A stretch of DNA of 64,000 nt from Candidatus Latescibacterota bacterium (GTDB lineage Bacteria > Latescibacterota > UBA2968 > GCA-2709665), in the NCBI GenBank assembly GCA_965248435.1, contig OZ252100.1, positions 5,592,477-5,656,476 of the forward strand, written 5' to 3'. Below, piece by piece: positions 54,553 through 64,000 of this stretch. Made by a program: the position numbers and the translations under genes. Within the stretch, counting starts at the first letter, position 1; each line of letters opens with the position of its first letter. Under the pieces are notes generated by a model. The model was given only the letters and a program-made list of their open reading frames with translations. It was not told the DNA's origin and searched no databases.

Positions 54553-55718
54553 CAGTAGCGGTAAAGTTCTGTGCAGCCCTTTGCGCAGACCGGGAAGCGT
54601 TTCCGGCGTTTAACAAGGCTCCGGTAGCTTCGGTAGACCTTGTTGTTCCAGATCTGGTTAAATGAGGCATCGTGAATATTGCCAGGAGAGAAATTCATCG
54701 TGTGATAGGGCCGCACCTCGCCGTCAGGCATGATGTATGCAGTCATCCAAAGACTCACACAGCGGTTCTGGTAGCTCGTGGACTCGAATTCGAATCGCGT
54801 GTAATAATCCCGAACCTCTTCCGGCGTGTAGTTGGGATAGACGGATACGTTTACCCTGGATTTACGGTTTTGAATTTTGTCAAGGGATCTTAGCAGAATC
54901 TCCGGATCGATCTTCGGGAGTTCTTTCCATATAAACCCGGCCCAATCGGGCGTGATCTGGCCGAAGTTCTTCTTGAAGATTTCGCTATGTTCGTCGTAAG
55001 CTTGTTGATTGAGAAAAAGGAGGTGGTGAAAATTGATGTTGTCCGCCCCCATAGCCTCCGCGATGTCCACAAGCTCTTCCAAATTCGCGTAGTTTGTTTC
55101 GGCAATCGTGCAATTGATGTTCAGCTTTGGGTGGTTGGCGTTGGCCTCGGAGCGAAGCCGAGCCACCGTGGCGACCCCCTCCGCGAGGGATCTGAAGGTC
55201 CCTTCTTCACCCCGTGTCTTGTCGTGTACCTCTTCTGTGCCGTCCAGGGAAAGGATGATTTCATCCATGCCGGAATTGATGATGCGTTCGGCGTAAACGG
55301 ACATCAGCGTGCCGTTCGTTACCATGTTGCAGCGCATGCCTTTTTGTTTGATGTAAGCGACGACATCCGTCCAGTTCTTGTAGAGCATAGGCTCGCCGCC
55401 GAAGAGCGTGATGTTGGGCCGGTAACTCGCCAGGTCATCGACGAGTCGTTTGATCTCGTCGAAGGAGAGCTGCTGGCGGAGGGTTTCGTGCCCGAACTCC
55501 TTGAATACGCCCTGATCGCCCCACTGTCCGCACATGTAGCAGGTCAAGTTGCATTTGAAGGTCAGGAATAGAGAGATCGTTTCAGGAGGTGCGCTGAACC
55601 CATCGCAAAGGTGGTAAGAGGTGAACGAAAGCAGGCGTTTGAACGCCGTGCGCCAGGCATAGCCCGGCTGTGTCGCAGCTTTACGCAGGTTTCGGAGGAG
55701 GTTTTTTCGGGCAATCAC
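54552..55718 (-). CDS. Radical SAM protein with SPASM/twitch-like C-terminus
   Basis: CNLTCYMC, GGEP, TNG, SLDG; C-terminal C...CAKGC. Confidence 0.93.
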   Translation of the reverse strand: MIARKNLLRNLRKAATQPGYAWRTAFKRLLSFTSYHLCDGFSAPPETISLFLTFKCNLTCYMCGQWGDQGVFKEFGHETLRQQLSFDEIKRLVDDLASYRPNITLFGGEPMLYKNWTDVVAYIKQKGMRCNMVTNGTLMSVYAERIINSGMDEIILSLDGTEEVHDKTRGEEGTFRSLAEGVATVARLRSEANANHPKLNINCTIAETNYANLEELVDIAEAMGADNINFHHLLFLNQQAYDEHSEIFKKNFGQITPDWAGFIWKELPKIDPEILLRSLDKIQNRKSRVNVSVYPNYTPEEVRDYYTRFEFESTSYQNRCVSLWMTAYIMPDGEVRPYHTMNFSPGNIHDASFNQIWNNKVYRSYRSLVKRRKRFPVCAKGCTELYRY

Positions 55719-55738
55719 GGCTGCATTTCTCCAATCGA

Positions 55739-56947
55739 CTATTTCAGCGTTTGCCTGATCGTATCCAGAGCCCGCTCAAGGATTTTTCTCGGTACTAAAG
55801 GATGCACCGGCAGGAGAAGAAGCCGTCTGGCCACCGCCGTCGCGTGGGGATACGGGTCTGTGCCCCTACCGTCCCATAGATCGGGATAAGTTCTGTGGAT
55901 CGGTTCGGGGTAGAGCAGGGTCGCCTCGAGCCCCAGACCGAGGATGGATTTGTGTAGAGTATCTCTTGTGCGCTCATCGGGTAAAAGGACGGGGAACTGA
56001 TTAAATACCGGCTTCGACCCTTTAAGAATTCTTGGAAGTCGAGCGCCGTCGACATCGGACAGGGCCTCGAGAACCAGACGCCCGTTCTGGACCCGTTTTT
56101 GCACCATCTCCCCGAACCTTGCAAGGAGCGACAGTCCAAGACGAGCTTGATAAGGGGTATATTGCAGGCTGTCGAAGTCGGTGTGGAGCTCTGTGTATTT
56201 GAACCTTGCGGCGATGGGATAAAGCATCGTGTATCCCCACGGACGAACCACAATCGCGAGGGCACAGGATAACATAACGGCCCCGAACCGTTTCCGGGGA
56301 TCGGGTTCAGGAAAACGACCCAGTTCAGCCTCCAGCCCTGGAATCAGATCTTCACGTGAGGTGACGACTGCGCCGCCTCGAACGGTGGAGAGGTTCTTCC
56401 CCCTGTTACAACTGAAAAACCCAATATCACCCCACGTGCCGGCCTGCCTCCCGGCGACCTCTGTGCCCATGGCGGAGCAGGCGTCTTCGACAATGAAAAC
56501 AGGTGAACCTTGAACCTGGGTCGCCATCGTATCTACGTCCGTTGGAAGCCCGAACATGTGGACCGGCATTACAGCCAGGGTCTCCGATCCGACCCGGTTC
56601 AGCATCTCCTCCGATCCAGAATTGAAGGTTTCGGGAGAGATGTCGGCCAGCACGGGTCTGAGTCCGGCCTTGCGGATGGGCAGGATCAGGGATGGGGCGG
56701 TATAGGCTGGCAGAAGGACCTCGGTCCTGTCCGAGCCTCTCTTAAGGGCGTTCAGGATTGCGTAGAGGGATGCCGTACCCGAGCCTGTGAGCCCGCACCA
56801 GGTCACGCCAAAATGTTGTCGCAACGCCGCCGTGAAATCGGAGCGGCTGCGTTCTCCGAAGAGACCTCTCGCCAGGTCATTGAATGAGATGGGCGTTCCT
56901 GCCGAAGGGATTTTCATCTGAATCAATACCTTATGGATCTTCGTCAC
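55739..56947 (-). CDS. DegT-like PLP-dependent protein
   Basis: SGTASL, VEDAC, SCNRGK. Confidence 0.85.
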   Translation of the reverse strand: MTKIHKVLIQMKIPSAGTPISFNDLARGLFGERSRSDFTAALRQHFGVTWCGLTGSGTASLYAILNALKRGSDRTEVLLPAYTAPSLILPIRKAGLRPVLADISPETFNSGSEEMLNRVGSETLAVMPVHMFGLPTDVDTMATQVQGSPVFIVEDACSAMGTEVAGRQAGTWGDIGFFSCNRGKNLSTVRGGAVVTSREDLIPGLEAELGRFPEPDPRKRFGAVMLSCALAIVVRPWGYTMLYPIAARFKYTELHTDFDSLQYTPYQARLGLSLLARFGEMVQKRVQNGRLVLEALSDVDGARLPRILKGSKPVFNQFPVLLPDERTRDTLHKSILGLGLEATLLYPEPIHRTYPDLWDGRGTDPYPHATAVARRLLLLPVHPLVPRKILERALDTIRQTLK

Positions 56948-57021
56948 TTCGAGATCGAATGCTTAAGCTCGTGAACAGAAATATAGTCTAATCCCGCTTA
57001 AGGTCAATAAGTGTATGGATC

Positions 57022-57699
57022 TTACGCGGGTCGCCTGACTTCCAGAAGATAGGCCGAGCGCCCGAAAGGCAGCAAAGGTCCGACTGGCCATTTTCCAATA
57101 ATCTCGAACCCACCTGCTGCAAATACGCCACGAATTTGGCTCAAATGGTACGCTCGAATCGTAAAGTCCCCTCTCAGATTGTGCAACCAGTATCGAACCC
57201 TGAAGTAGGGGTTGGCCGCGTTACGGAAATCTAGAAAGATTCGGCCCCCCGGGCGACAGACGCGCATAAACTCACAAAGAAACTCGTGCACGGTTGTGTC
57301 GTCGGAAATGTTCATTAACGTGTTGAGAAAGAATATGTTATCAAATGTTTGGTCCTCGAACGGAAGCATTAAGGCATCCGATATCGCGAGCCAGACATTC
57401 TCGACCTGGTTGTCCGAAAAAACCCTCCTGGCTTCCTGAAGAAGGCCCGAGGTACGGTCAATCCCGACCAGCCCACCTTCGGATTCAGGGAGGGATGCAA
57501 AAAACAGGCCATTCCCGCATCCAACATCGAGCGTCAACCCCCTCTGCCGAGAGTTAAGGCGCCCGGCGGCCGTTTCTCTTACTCCGCGCATAATCGTGCC
57601 GAGAAAGGCGCCAGGGTGCTCGACGCTCGAGGTGTCCGGCGCTTTTAGATTGATGTCCTTTTCCACATTATGGGAGACGTGATCAGTCGGTCCGGTCAC
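57022..57699 (-). CDS. Class I SAM-dependent methyltransferase
   Basis: LDVGCGNG, LPF, RVCRPGG. Confidence 0.9.
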   Translation of the reverse strand: MTGPTDHVSHNVEKDINLKAPDTSSVEHPGAFLGTIMRGVRETAAGRLNSRQRGLTLDVGCGNGLFFASLPESEGGLVGIDRTSGLLQEARRVFSDNQVENVWLAISDALMLPFEDQTFDNIFFLNTLMNISDDTTVHEFLCEFMRVCRPGGRIFLDFRNAANPYFRVRYWLHNLRGDFTIRAYHLSQIRGVFAAGGFEIIGKWPVGPLLPFGRSAYLLEVRRPA

Positions 57700-58838
57700 A
57701 AGAGCTCTTCCACCTGCCGGCTCAAGATCCGCCAGTCGAATTCTCTCTCAATTCTTCGTCTGGCCTCTATCCCGAGTTGACTCGAATAGACGGAGTCACT
57801 CAGTAGCTTCTGAACGGCTTGTGCGATTTCAGCCTCTGAGTAGGGATCTACAAGCAAACCGGTGCGTCCTTCCAAAATTGCCTCTACTGCACCGCCGCTG
57901 CGTCCGCCGATCACCGGCTTTTCGCATGCCCCCGCCTCCAAGAAGGAGATCCCGAAACCTTCCAAGTCACCTCCTAGTTGGGTGCCTTCGGTAACGCGAT
58001 TGGGCATCACGTAAACATCGCAGAGGTTGTAAACGGTGGGGAGGTCCTCGTCCGGGACATATCCAAGGAACTGAACCTTTCCCTCAAGGTTCAGTTCACT
58101 CACCAGCGAATTCAGGCGATCCTTTTCCCTGCCTGCGCCGGCGATAAGATAGACAACATCTTCGGCACCTTCAAGTATGGCTAAAGCACGCATCACCATA
58201 TCGTGACCTTTACGCTGATCAAGTCGGGCGACTGTCAAAAGAACGCGGCGGCCGTCAAGCCCGAGACGTTTCACCCAACCAGGGTCTTTAGGCTTTGGGC
58301 TGAATGTTTCTGGATCGACGCCAGGATATATTCGCTTCAACTTTCCCTCAGGCACCCCAAACTTCAGGAATTCCTCAGAAGTGGCGTTACTGTCGGTGAC
58401 AACGCATTGACTTTCAAGGAGGATGTGGCGCATAAGGGTAATGCTGATGGAGCTCTGGGCGAGACGGGCCGTTTCTGAGCCGTAGACCCAAACGACGTAC
58501 GGAATCCGGTACCATCGATAGGCAAGCCAACCCGCTAAGCCGGATGAGAATACCTGGCCACAGTGAAACGACCTTGGGCGCTCATTATGCGAGATTCTTA
58601 GGACCCAGAAAAGAGTAAGAAGAGTCTTAGTGACTTTCGCGCCTGATCCTTCGCCTAAGGGGAGATATATCCGATGGACAGGAGCTGGAAACCGAGCATC
58701 GACTTTGGTCGCACCGGGTAGTCTCGGCGCGATCACTTTGGTGCAGCGGGAAGGGAGCAGCCGCCACGTGTTGTACAAGAGTGTTGCGATGCCGCTGGTT
58801 ACGGGCGGGAAGTCGTTGGCGATGAGGACGGTGTACAC
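57696..58838 (-). CDS. GT4 glycosyltransferase (PimB-like)
   Basis: NDFPP, RKG, EGFGISFLEA. Confidence 0.92.
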   Translation of the reverse strand: MYTVLIANDFPPVTSGIATLLYNTWRLLPSRCTKVIAPRLPGATKVDARFPAPVHRIYLPLGEGSGAKVTKTLLTLFWVLRISHNERPRSFHCGQVFSSGLAGWLAYRWYRIPYVVWVYGSETARLAQSSISITLMRHILLESQCVVTDSNATSEEFLKFGVPEGKLKRIYPGVDPETFSPKPKDPGWVKRLGLDGRRVLLTVARLDQRKGHDMVMRALAILEGAEDVVYLIAGAGREKDRLNSLVSELNLEGKVQFLGYVPDEDLPTVYNLCDVYVMPNRVTEGTQLGGDLEGFGISFLEAGACEKPVIGGRSGGAVEAILEGRTGLLVDPYSEAEIAQAVQKLLSDSVYSSQLGIEARRRIEREFDWRILSRQVEELL

Positions 58839-58841
58839 GAT

Positions 58842-59819
58842 CTACACCTCGCCGTGGTCCGAGAACAGTGAGTGCACACGGTCTACGACCTTCACGAGTC
58901 CGTCTTCGTGGTGATACCGTGAGATTAGCAGTATCAGGATGTAGGTAGCATAGAGATGCGGGATGCGGAGCCGGTCGCACGCCTGGCGGGTCCAACGTCG
59001 CAGTGTAGGGGCCAGGGGGCCGGATGGATTGAAAGTTTCCAGGAGGTGCCGGGAGTTTACGGCCTGAGCCCGCTGCTTTCCCAGAAATGAGCCCATCCGG
59101 GTGTAGTGCAGGGCAAACTCAAACAGATCTATCAGAGGCAATCCAGGTGATTTAGCCCACTCCCAGTCGATGACGCAAATCTTGCTGCGGTGTTCATAAA
59201 TGTTGTCAGGATTAAAATCCCCGTGCTCGACAACCGAAGGGAGCGTTCCGTCCAGAAATGCCTCTTGAACGGCCTTGGAGGCTTCCATAACGGCTTGAAC
59301 CTCTGTCTCTTCGGCGTACTTAAAGAGGATGTGATTCTCCACCAAGTCTTGTTTCCGATTGCTGTCCTTCAATTCGGGAGCCTGCAGAGTCGTTTCCTGA
59401 AAGTCTACAAGCCAGGTGTAGACAAGATCGAAAGTTGCCGTCCATCGACCGTTTGCCTGGGTAGGGGGTCGCACACCAAATGTCAAAGGCTGCCCTGGAG
59501 CGGCTTGTCGGAGCAGACCCAGGCCCCCGGCCAGTTCAACGAGCTTTATTGGTGTGAGGAGCGAAGCGGCAAACGAAGGAAAGCACTCCGAAAGATTGCG
59601 CAGGTTGTTGTGTTCATTTTCGAGGCGGTATCGCTCGGCAGGATCGTCCGCGTATTTCAGAACCAGAATCGGCTCCACGCGGCCCTTCGCAAAAAGCAAG
59701 AAGATCGATTTGCGATTGCCTTTGAGCATCATGCTGGACAGCCCCCGGGGGGGACCTGGCAGGTCCAGGCTCTTCCAGTGTTCGGCCAGGCACGAAGCCA
59801 GATTCTGCTCGATATTCAC
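58842..59819 (-). CDS. APH/kinase-like phosphotransferase
   Basis: HGDFNPDN, IDWE; GTGA overlap start. Confidence 0.85.
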   Translation of the reverse strand: MNIEQNLASCLAEHWKSLDLPGPPRGLSSMMLKGNRKSIFLLFAKGRVEPILVLKYADDPAERYRLENEHNNLRNLSECFPSFAASLLTPIKLVELAGGLGLLRQAAPGQPLTFGVRPPTQANGRWTATFDLVYTWLVDFQETTLQAPELKDSNRKQDLVENHILFKYAEETEVQAVMEASKAVQEAFLDGTLPSVVEHGDFNPDNIYEHRSKICVIDWEWAKSPGLPLIDLFEFALHYTRMGSFLGKQRAQAVNSRHLLETFNPSGPLAPTLRRWTRQACDRLRIPHLYATYILILLISRYHHEDGLVKVVDRVHSLFSDHGEV

Positions 59820-60898
59820 GATCGTCTTCTCGCGAAAATGCTGAAGTCTGGGACTAAGGCTTTGAAGACTCTGTGGATAGGAAACACCTTTGAAAGGTGA
59901 CGAGTCCACCAGCTAACGTCGGGATGTTTCGGATCAAAGGCGTTGTTTAGGAAGAACCGAATGATGCCGGGTTGATCCAGTGGAAGGTAGTAGAAGTAGT
60001 TCCTGGAGCTTGGCAACAGGGCATAGGTTCGAATTTCTCCGAATCCCGCGCGCCTGAGCAGTTGTTTGTAGCCTCGCAGTGAATAGAGGTAGGTTCTGTA
60101 GTCCTCTCCTTTTTTGTGTCTTGAGTACGCTCGCGCCAGGCGCCTGGGGAGTAAGCTGGTATACTTTAAGCCGCTATGGGGGTCGCGGAGGCCGCTGAAT
60201 AGGAGCGGTCCCCAGCGGTTTTCGATGACGAGATGAAGGTACCCGCCCCGTTTGAGTTTTTGCGCCAGGTTGGTGAGGACTTCCTGCTGCACCACTTCAG
60301 GCGGATGGTCAAGTCGGGCCAGCGCCACCCATTCAAGAACGTTATTCACGACGATGCCGTCGAAGGAGCAGTCAGGAAAGGGAATGTCAAAGGCATCGGC
60401 GCATACAGGTAGAATATTTGAAATGCCTTCCTGTTGTGCTCGGAGCTGGAGAAATCGGACGCGCATCCGGACCGGCTCGGCTGCGACAACCGTATGAAAG
60501 GATTCGGCAAGGCCGAAGCAGATGGCGCCCAGACCACTGCCGATGTCAAGCACGGTCGCGCTTGGCGGCAAGGGAAAGTAATGCTTCCATCGAGCGCGCG
60601 AGGTATCGAAAAGGTAAATGAGCTCCTCGCTAGATCGTCCCTCCATGCTTTGCTCCAGGGCTGCCTGCCAACCGATACAAGGGGTTTTAGAAAGGATGTC
60701 GTTCATGGTCTTCTGCGGGAACTCTCCCCAGTATGGATGATCCGCAGCAAAACGAGGGATGCCCTCATCGACGGGGTAGGCGGTGCCGCAGTCAGGACAT
60801 ATAAGCGTCTGCAGTCCCAGGGGGAGATCAATGCCGAAGGGAAGCACGGCCCCACAGTGAATACAGGCAAAAGCAATGCGCTGATGATCCACGGTCAT
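59816..60898 (-). CDS. Methyltransferase with N-terminal Trm112-like Zn ribbon
   Basis: CIHC...CPDC...YPV..GIP; LDIGSGLG. Confidence 0.88.
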   Translation of the reverse strand: MTVDHQRIAFACIHCGAVLPFGIDLPLGLQTLICPDCGTAYPVDEGIPRFAADHPYWGEFPQKTMNDILSKTPCIGWQAALEQSMEGRSSEELIYLFDTSRARWKHYFPLPPSATVLDIGSGLGAICFGLAESFHTVVAAEPVRMRVRFLQLRAQQEGISNILPVCADAFDIPFPDCSFDGIVVNNVLEWVALARLDHPPEVVQQEVLTNLAQKLKRGGYLHLVIENRWGPLLFSGLRDPHSGLKYTSLLPRRLARAYSRHKKGEDYRTYLYSLRGYKQLLRRAGFGEIRTYALLPSSRNYFYYLPLDQPGIIRFFLNNAFDPKHPDVSWWTRHLSKVFPIHRVFKALVPDFSIFARRRS

Positions 60899-62076
60899 GG
60901 TGGTGTCCCTCTGGAGACCGACGAAGCTTGCTTCAACACATTCATGATCTCTTCTGCGGCAAGTTCAAGGCTGAAGTTCCTGGCGTGGTTCAGACCAGCC
61001 TGAACGAGCGACTTGCGGTGATCAGCCCGCGTTAGGAGGGTTTCTATGCCCTGCCGAAGGTTTGACGCGACTCTGGCGTCTACTAGAATACCCGCATTGC
61101 CCACCACTTCCGGCAAAGAGGTGGCCCTGGATGAAACAACGGGTGTGCCGCAGGCCATCGCTTCAAGTGGCGGGAGCCCGAAGCCCTCATAGAGAGAAGG
61201 GAAGGCAAAGACTTCTGCGCCGCTGTAGAGCAAGGGCATGTCTGCCTCGTCCACAAAGTCTATGAAGACGACCTGAGCGTTCAGTTTCAGACGCTTCACA
61301 GTATGTTGGATTTCATCTCGAAAGCGGTCTCGCCGCCCGCACAGGACGAGTTGGTGGGAGGATCTAAGGGTGTCGGGTAGAGTTGCATAGGCTTGGAGAA
61401 GGGTTTTTACGTTTTTATGCGGTTTGAAGTTCCCAACATAGAGAATGTAAGGTAAGTTGATTCCGTTGCGGATTTCAAAGGCCTTGAGATCCGAAGCAGG
61501 TTGATCGGGGTGGTAGGAAGTCGATACACCAATCGGAACGTGGCTAATCATTTTCTGTGGCACGCCCAATCGCGTGACAATGTCTTTCTTAGAGTATTCG
61601 GAGTCAGTGATGATTCGCATCGCTCGACGGACGAAAAGCCGTCGAGTAATCAAATAGATCCCATTGTAGAAGAATTTACCAAAGGGACCTCGCTCGGATA
61701 TTGCCAAGAAAAGGAGGTCGTGAATGGTCAAGACAACGGGGAAGGGTGCGAATAAAGGGCCTTTATCGTAGGGCGAAAGCAAGACATCGAGCGCATCTTT
61801 TCGAGCCTGGCGGACAAGGACCACCTGATCCCACCAGGATGTTAGGTATTCCGGCACGATGCGGTGATGAAGGTTTGGAGCCTTAACAGTCAGCGCCAAG
61901 GGTTGGTTGCCATAGACGAAAAACTGATGCTCTGGGTGCGCATGTACTGCGAATGTGAGGAAATTACGCAGATACCTCCCAATGCCAGTAGTGAGGTCTG
62001 GCAGAAGCTCCCGCCCGTCTACTCCAATGCGCAGTCCTATTTGGTGGGTCTCATTGTGAACTCGCATTGAGCACAT
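60895..62076 (-). CDS. GT4 glycosyltransferase (MtfB-like)
   Basis: TGIGRY, TIHDL, KN, EGFGLPPLEAM. Confidence 0.92.
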   Translation of the reverse strand: MCSMRVHNETHQIGLRIGVDGRELLPDLTTGIGRYLRNFLTFAVHAHPEHQFFVYGNQPLALTVKAPNLHHRIVPEYLTSWWDQVVLVRQARKDALDVLLSPYDKGPLFAPFPVVLTIHDLLFLAISERGPFGKFFYNGIYLITRRLFVRRAMRIITDSEYSKKDIVTRLGVPQKMISHVPIGVSTSYHPDQPASDLKAFEIRNGINLPYILYVGNFKPHKNVKTLLQAYATLPDTLRSSHQLVLCGRRDRFRDEIQHTVKRLKLNAQVVFIDFVDEADMPLLYSGAEVFAFPSLYEGFGLPPLEAMACGTPVVSSRATSLPEVVGNAGILVDARVASNLRQGIETLLTRADHRKSLVQAGLNHARNFSLELAAEEIMNVLKQASSVSRGTPP

Positions 62077-63196
62077 CTTCGTAGAGATCCTGGATCTGTG
62101 TCATGTGGCGGTCGATGCGATACCGGCTCTGGAACCGTTGATTGCCTCCCTGAATGATTTTTTTTCGCAAAGCGTGATCGTTAAGCAAAGTTGCAACCGC
62201 ATTGGCCATCTTTGAAGGCGACTCAGGAGGCACGAGCAGGCCGGATTCTCCGTGAACGATGATCTCCGGAATGCCACCGACATTCGTAGCCACAACCGGG
62301 GTGTCTAGTGCCATAGCTTCAACGATCACGCGTCCAAATCCTTCTGTCTTTATGCCCGTTTTGGTTTTTAGGATGCGCGAAGCTACTGTCAGGATGTCGA
62401 CTTGCCGTATGATGTCAAGGGCGTCGTGACGAAAGCCGAGAAAAAAGAGCTCCTCTGCGAGACCGAGTTCCAAGGTCAAGCGATGGAGTTCGTCCTCAAA
62501 GGCGCAGGCTTCCGGGTCATGCTTGTCGGCAGATCCGAGCAAAAGAAATTTGATACCGGGCGCAATGTCCTTGAGCTTTGCGCACATTTGTATGAAGGTC
62601 TCCAGGCCTTTCCACGGGTCGATACGTGAGACAGCGACCACGAGGGGCGCGTTATGGGGGAGACCCAGCTCTGCACGGATATCAGTTCCAGAATGATCAA
62701 GGTTTAGATGAACGGCGTTGGGAATGGTAACAAATTTGGCGATCAGGTCTCGATGTCCCTCACAAAAGTAGTCCCGGGCAGCATTCGAGACGGAGATCAC
62801 CTTCCTGGAGAGTCTAACGAAGAGGCGATCGACCCAGGTCACCGGGAAGATGACTCGAAGGTGACCAATCAAAGGTGTGCCGCCTAGTTTGGCGGCAAGT
62901 CCCGCCCGAATATCCAGGCTGTTGACGTGCACGAGGCGCACGTTTTGATTTCTGAACAATCTTAAAAGTTTGAGGACGACAGTGAGGCTTGACAGGAAGC
63001 CTCGTCGTTCAACGACCTCGACTTGCACCCCGGATTCGGAAAGTCGATCCGTCAATCCACCGGATGAATAACAAATGACGATAGGGTTGAAGCGATTCTT
63101 GTCCAAATTTTCGGTGAGCGCAAGCAGGCTGAGAGGGCCACCGCCGATGATCTCAGAGATGTTCTCTACGTAGACGATGGGAATGGCTGAAAGCAT
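62051..63196 (-). CDS. GT4 glycosyltransferase
   Basis: WKG, EGFGRVIVEAM. Confidence 0.92.
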   Translation of the reverse strand: MLSAIPIVYVENISEIIGGGPLSLLALTENLDKNRFNPIVICYSSGGLTDRLSESGVQVEVVERRGFLSSLTVVLKLLRLFRNQNVRLVHVNSLDIRAGLAAKLGGTPLIGHLRVIFPVTWVDRLFVRLSRKVISVSNAARDYFCEGHRDLIAKFVTIPNAVHLNLDHSGTDIRAELGLPHNAPLVVAVSRIDPWKGLETFIQMCAKLKDIAPGIKFLLLGSADKHDPEACAFEDELHRLTLELGLAEELFFLGFRHDALDIIRQVDILTVASRILKTKTGIKTEGFGRVIVEAMALDTPVVATNVGGIPEIIVHGESGLLVPPESPSKMANAVATLLNDHALRKKIIQGGNQRFQSRYRIDRHMTQIQDLYEDVLNASSQ

Positions 63197-63202
63197 ACAG
63201 AC

Positions 63203-63727
63203 CTATTCGATCTTGCGCAGTCTGAGCCGGATACTGTGGGCTTGAAGGATAAAGGCCAAGTGGGTTTCATAGATATCGGGAAATCGATTGGCCAACGACT
63301 CAATGCCTAGGAGGCACTTAAATCGGCCAAAACTTATCTTACGCTCGATTAGTCCGAATTTGAAGTCGACATAGTAGTCAAAGGCCGAGCGATGGGGAAT
63401 AAATTCGTCAAAGGAACGGATCGAGAGGGCGTGGCGGTGTGTCACGTCAGAATAGCTGTCGTCGCTGGAGAAGTGAGGGGACAGGATGAGTAGCTCACCA
63501 CCTGTTTTCAGGATGCGGTGAATCTCCTTGAGGGCTGACGAGATGTCCTCAAGATGCTCAACAAGGTTGTCGCACACGATAAAGTCAAAAGTCTCAGGTC
63601 GAAAAGGATAGGGGCATCGGCCCAGATGGCATATCACGTCGGCGTGACTACGTCTGTTGAGATCTGCGCCTATTGCGCCTGGAGATTTTCTTTGTCCGCA
63701 CCCGAGGTCAAGTGAGCGCTTTTCCAT
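63203..63727 (-). CDS. Methyltransferase (type 11-like)
   Basis: LDLGCG, EHL, RILK.GG, D.TH; start refined to ATG 63727. Confidence 0.88.
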   Translation of the reverse strand: MEKRSLDLGCGQRKSPGAIGADLNRRSHADVICHLGRCPYPFRPETFDFIVCDNLVEHLEDISSALKEIHRILKTGGELLILSPHFSSDDSYSDVTHRHALSIRSFDEFIPHRSAFDYYVDFKFGLIERKISFGRFKCLLGIESLANRFPDIYETHLAFILQAHSIRLRLRKIE

Positions 63728-63789
63728 AAGAAATCTCGCCCGATCAGCAAGCCCTGTATGAACGTCCCGTTCGTATCGGGCTTTGCGTC

Positions 63790-64000
63790 CTATTTTCTCT
63801 CTGAAAGTAGCTGCCCATAGAGGGCCTTTGTCTTGTACGCAATTTCTTCCCACGAATGCTGTGTCTGTGCAAGCGTTAGGGAGCGCTGCCCCATCTCCAA
63901 GAGTTCATCCGCCTCTTGGTTTAGGAGGTGGATGAGCGCGTCCGCTAGGGCATGCGGGTTCGACGGGGGGACGACAAGTCCGTTTCTTCCATTTTGAACG
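63790..64000 (-). CDS. Partial GT4 glycosyltransferase (C-terminus)
   Basis: VQNGRNGLVVPPSNPHALADAL...SWEEIA...LY. Confidence 0.8.
   Translation of the reverse strand, partial: VQNGRNGLVVPPSNPHALADALIHLLNQEADELLEMGQRSLTLAQTQHSWEEIAYKTKALYGQLLSERK

Noticed and set aside
37783-62700. Numerous short overlapping or antisense ORFs in the GC-rich half
   Set aside because: They overlap well-supported genes and show no motifs
1-64000. CRISPR array
   Set aside because: No repeat-spacer periodicity seen; the 34-bp and 21-bp repeats lack unique spacers or are coding

Overview
The window has two halves. Positions 1 to ~36,929 are a visibly AT-richer integrated element. Its left end lies outside the window, and its right end is a large serine recombinase whose ORF runs through the 3' end of a tRNA-Glu(CTC). 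Positions ~36,930-64,000 are GC-richer chromosome of a diderm bacterium: tRNA-Glu, cupin, tRNA-Arg, CopA, FliN-like, thioredoxin, oxidoreductases, a degenerate M23 protein and a long minus-strand surface-polysaccharide cluster. The element is a mosaic. It carries clearly bacterial genes with SD sites and sigma70 promoters: an outer-membrane barrel, lipoproteins, receiver domains, an HU-receiver fusion, RadC, IS30 and IS3. Interspersed with these are about 8 genes that mostly lack a spaced SD and have an archaeal-type TATA box (often with an A-rich BRE-like segment) 22-25 nt before the start codon. Several of their proteins look archaeal or DPANN-like: a Zn-ribbon tyrosine integrase, RHH and AbrB-like regulators, and Cys-rich surface proteins. 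This suggests an element that has moved DNA between Archaea and Bacteria. Its right arm is one co-directional array: membrane M48 protease plus wHTH regulator, a mini ubiquitin-like protein, a cysteine-free E2, a JAB-E1 fusion, membrane proteins, a HerA/VirD4-like ATPase-wHTH-PD-(D/E)xK fusion, and the recombinase. Both ATPase-nuclease paralogs are disrupted, one by IS3 and one by an in-frame TAG. All family assignments come from motif recognition by eye; no database searches were run.
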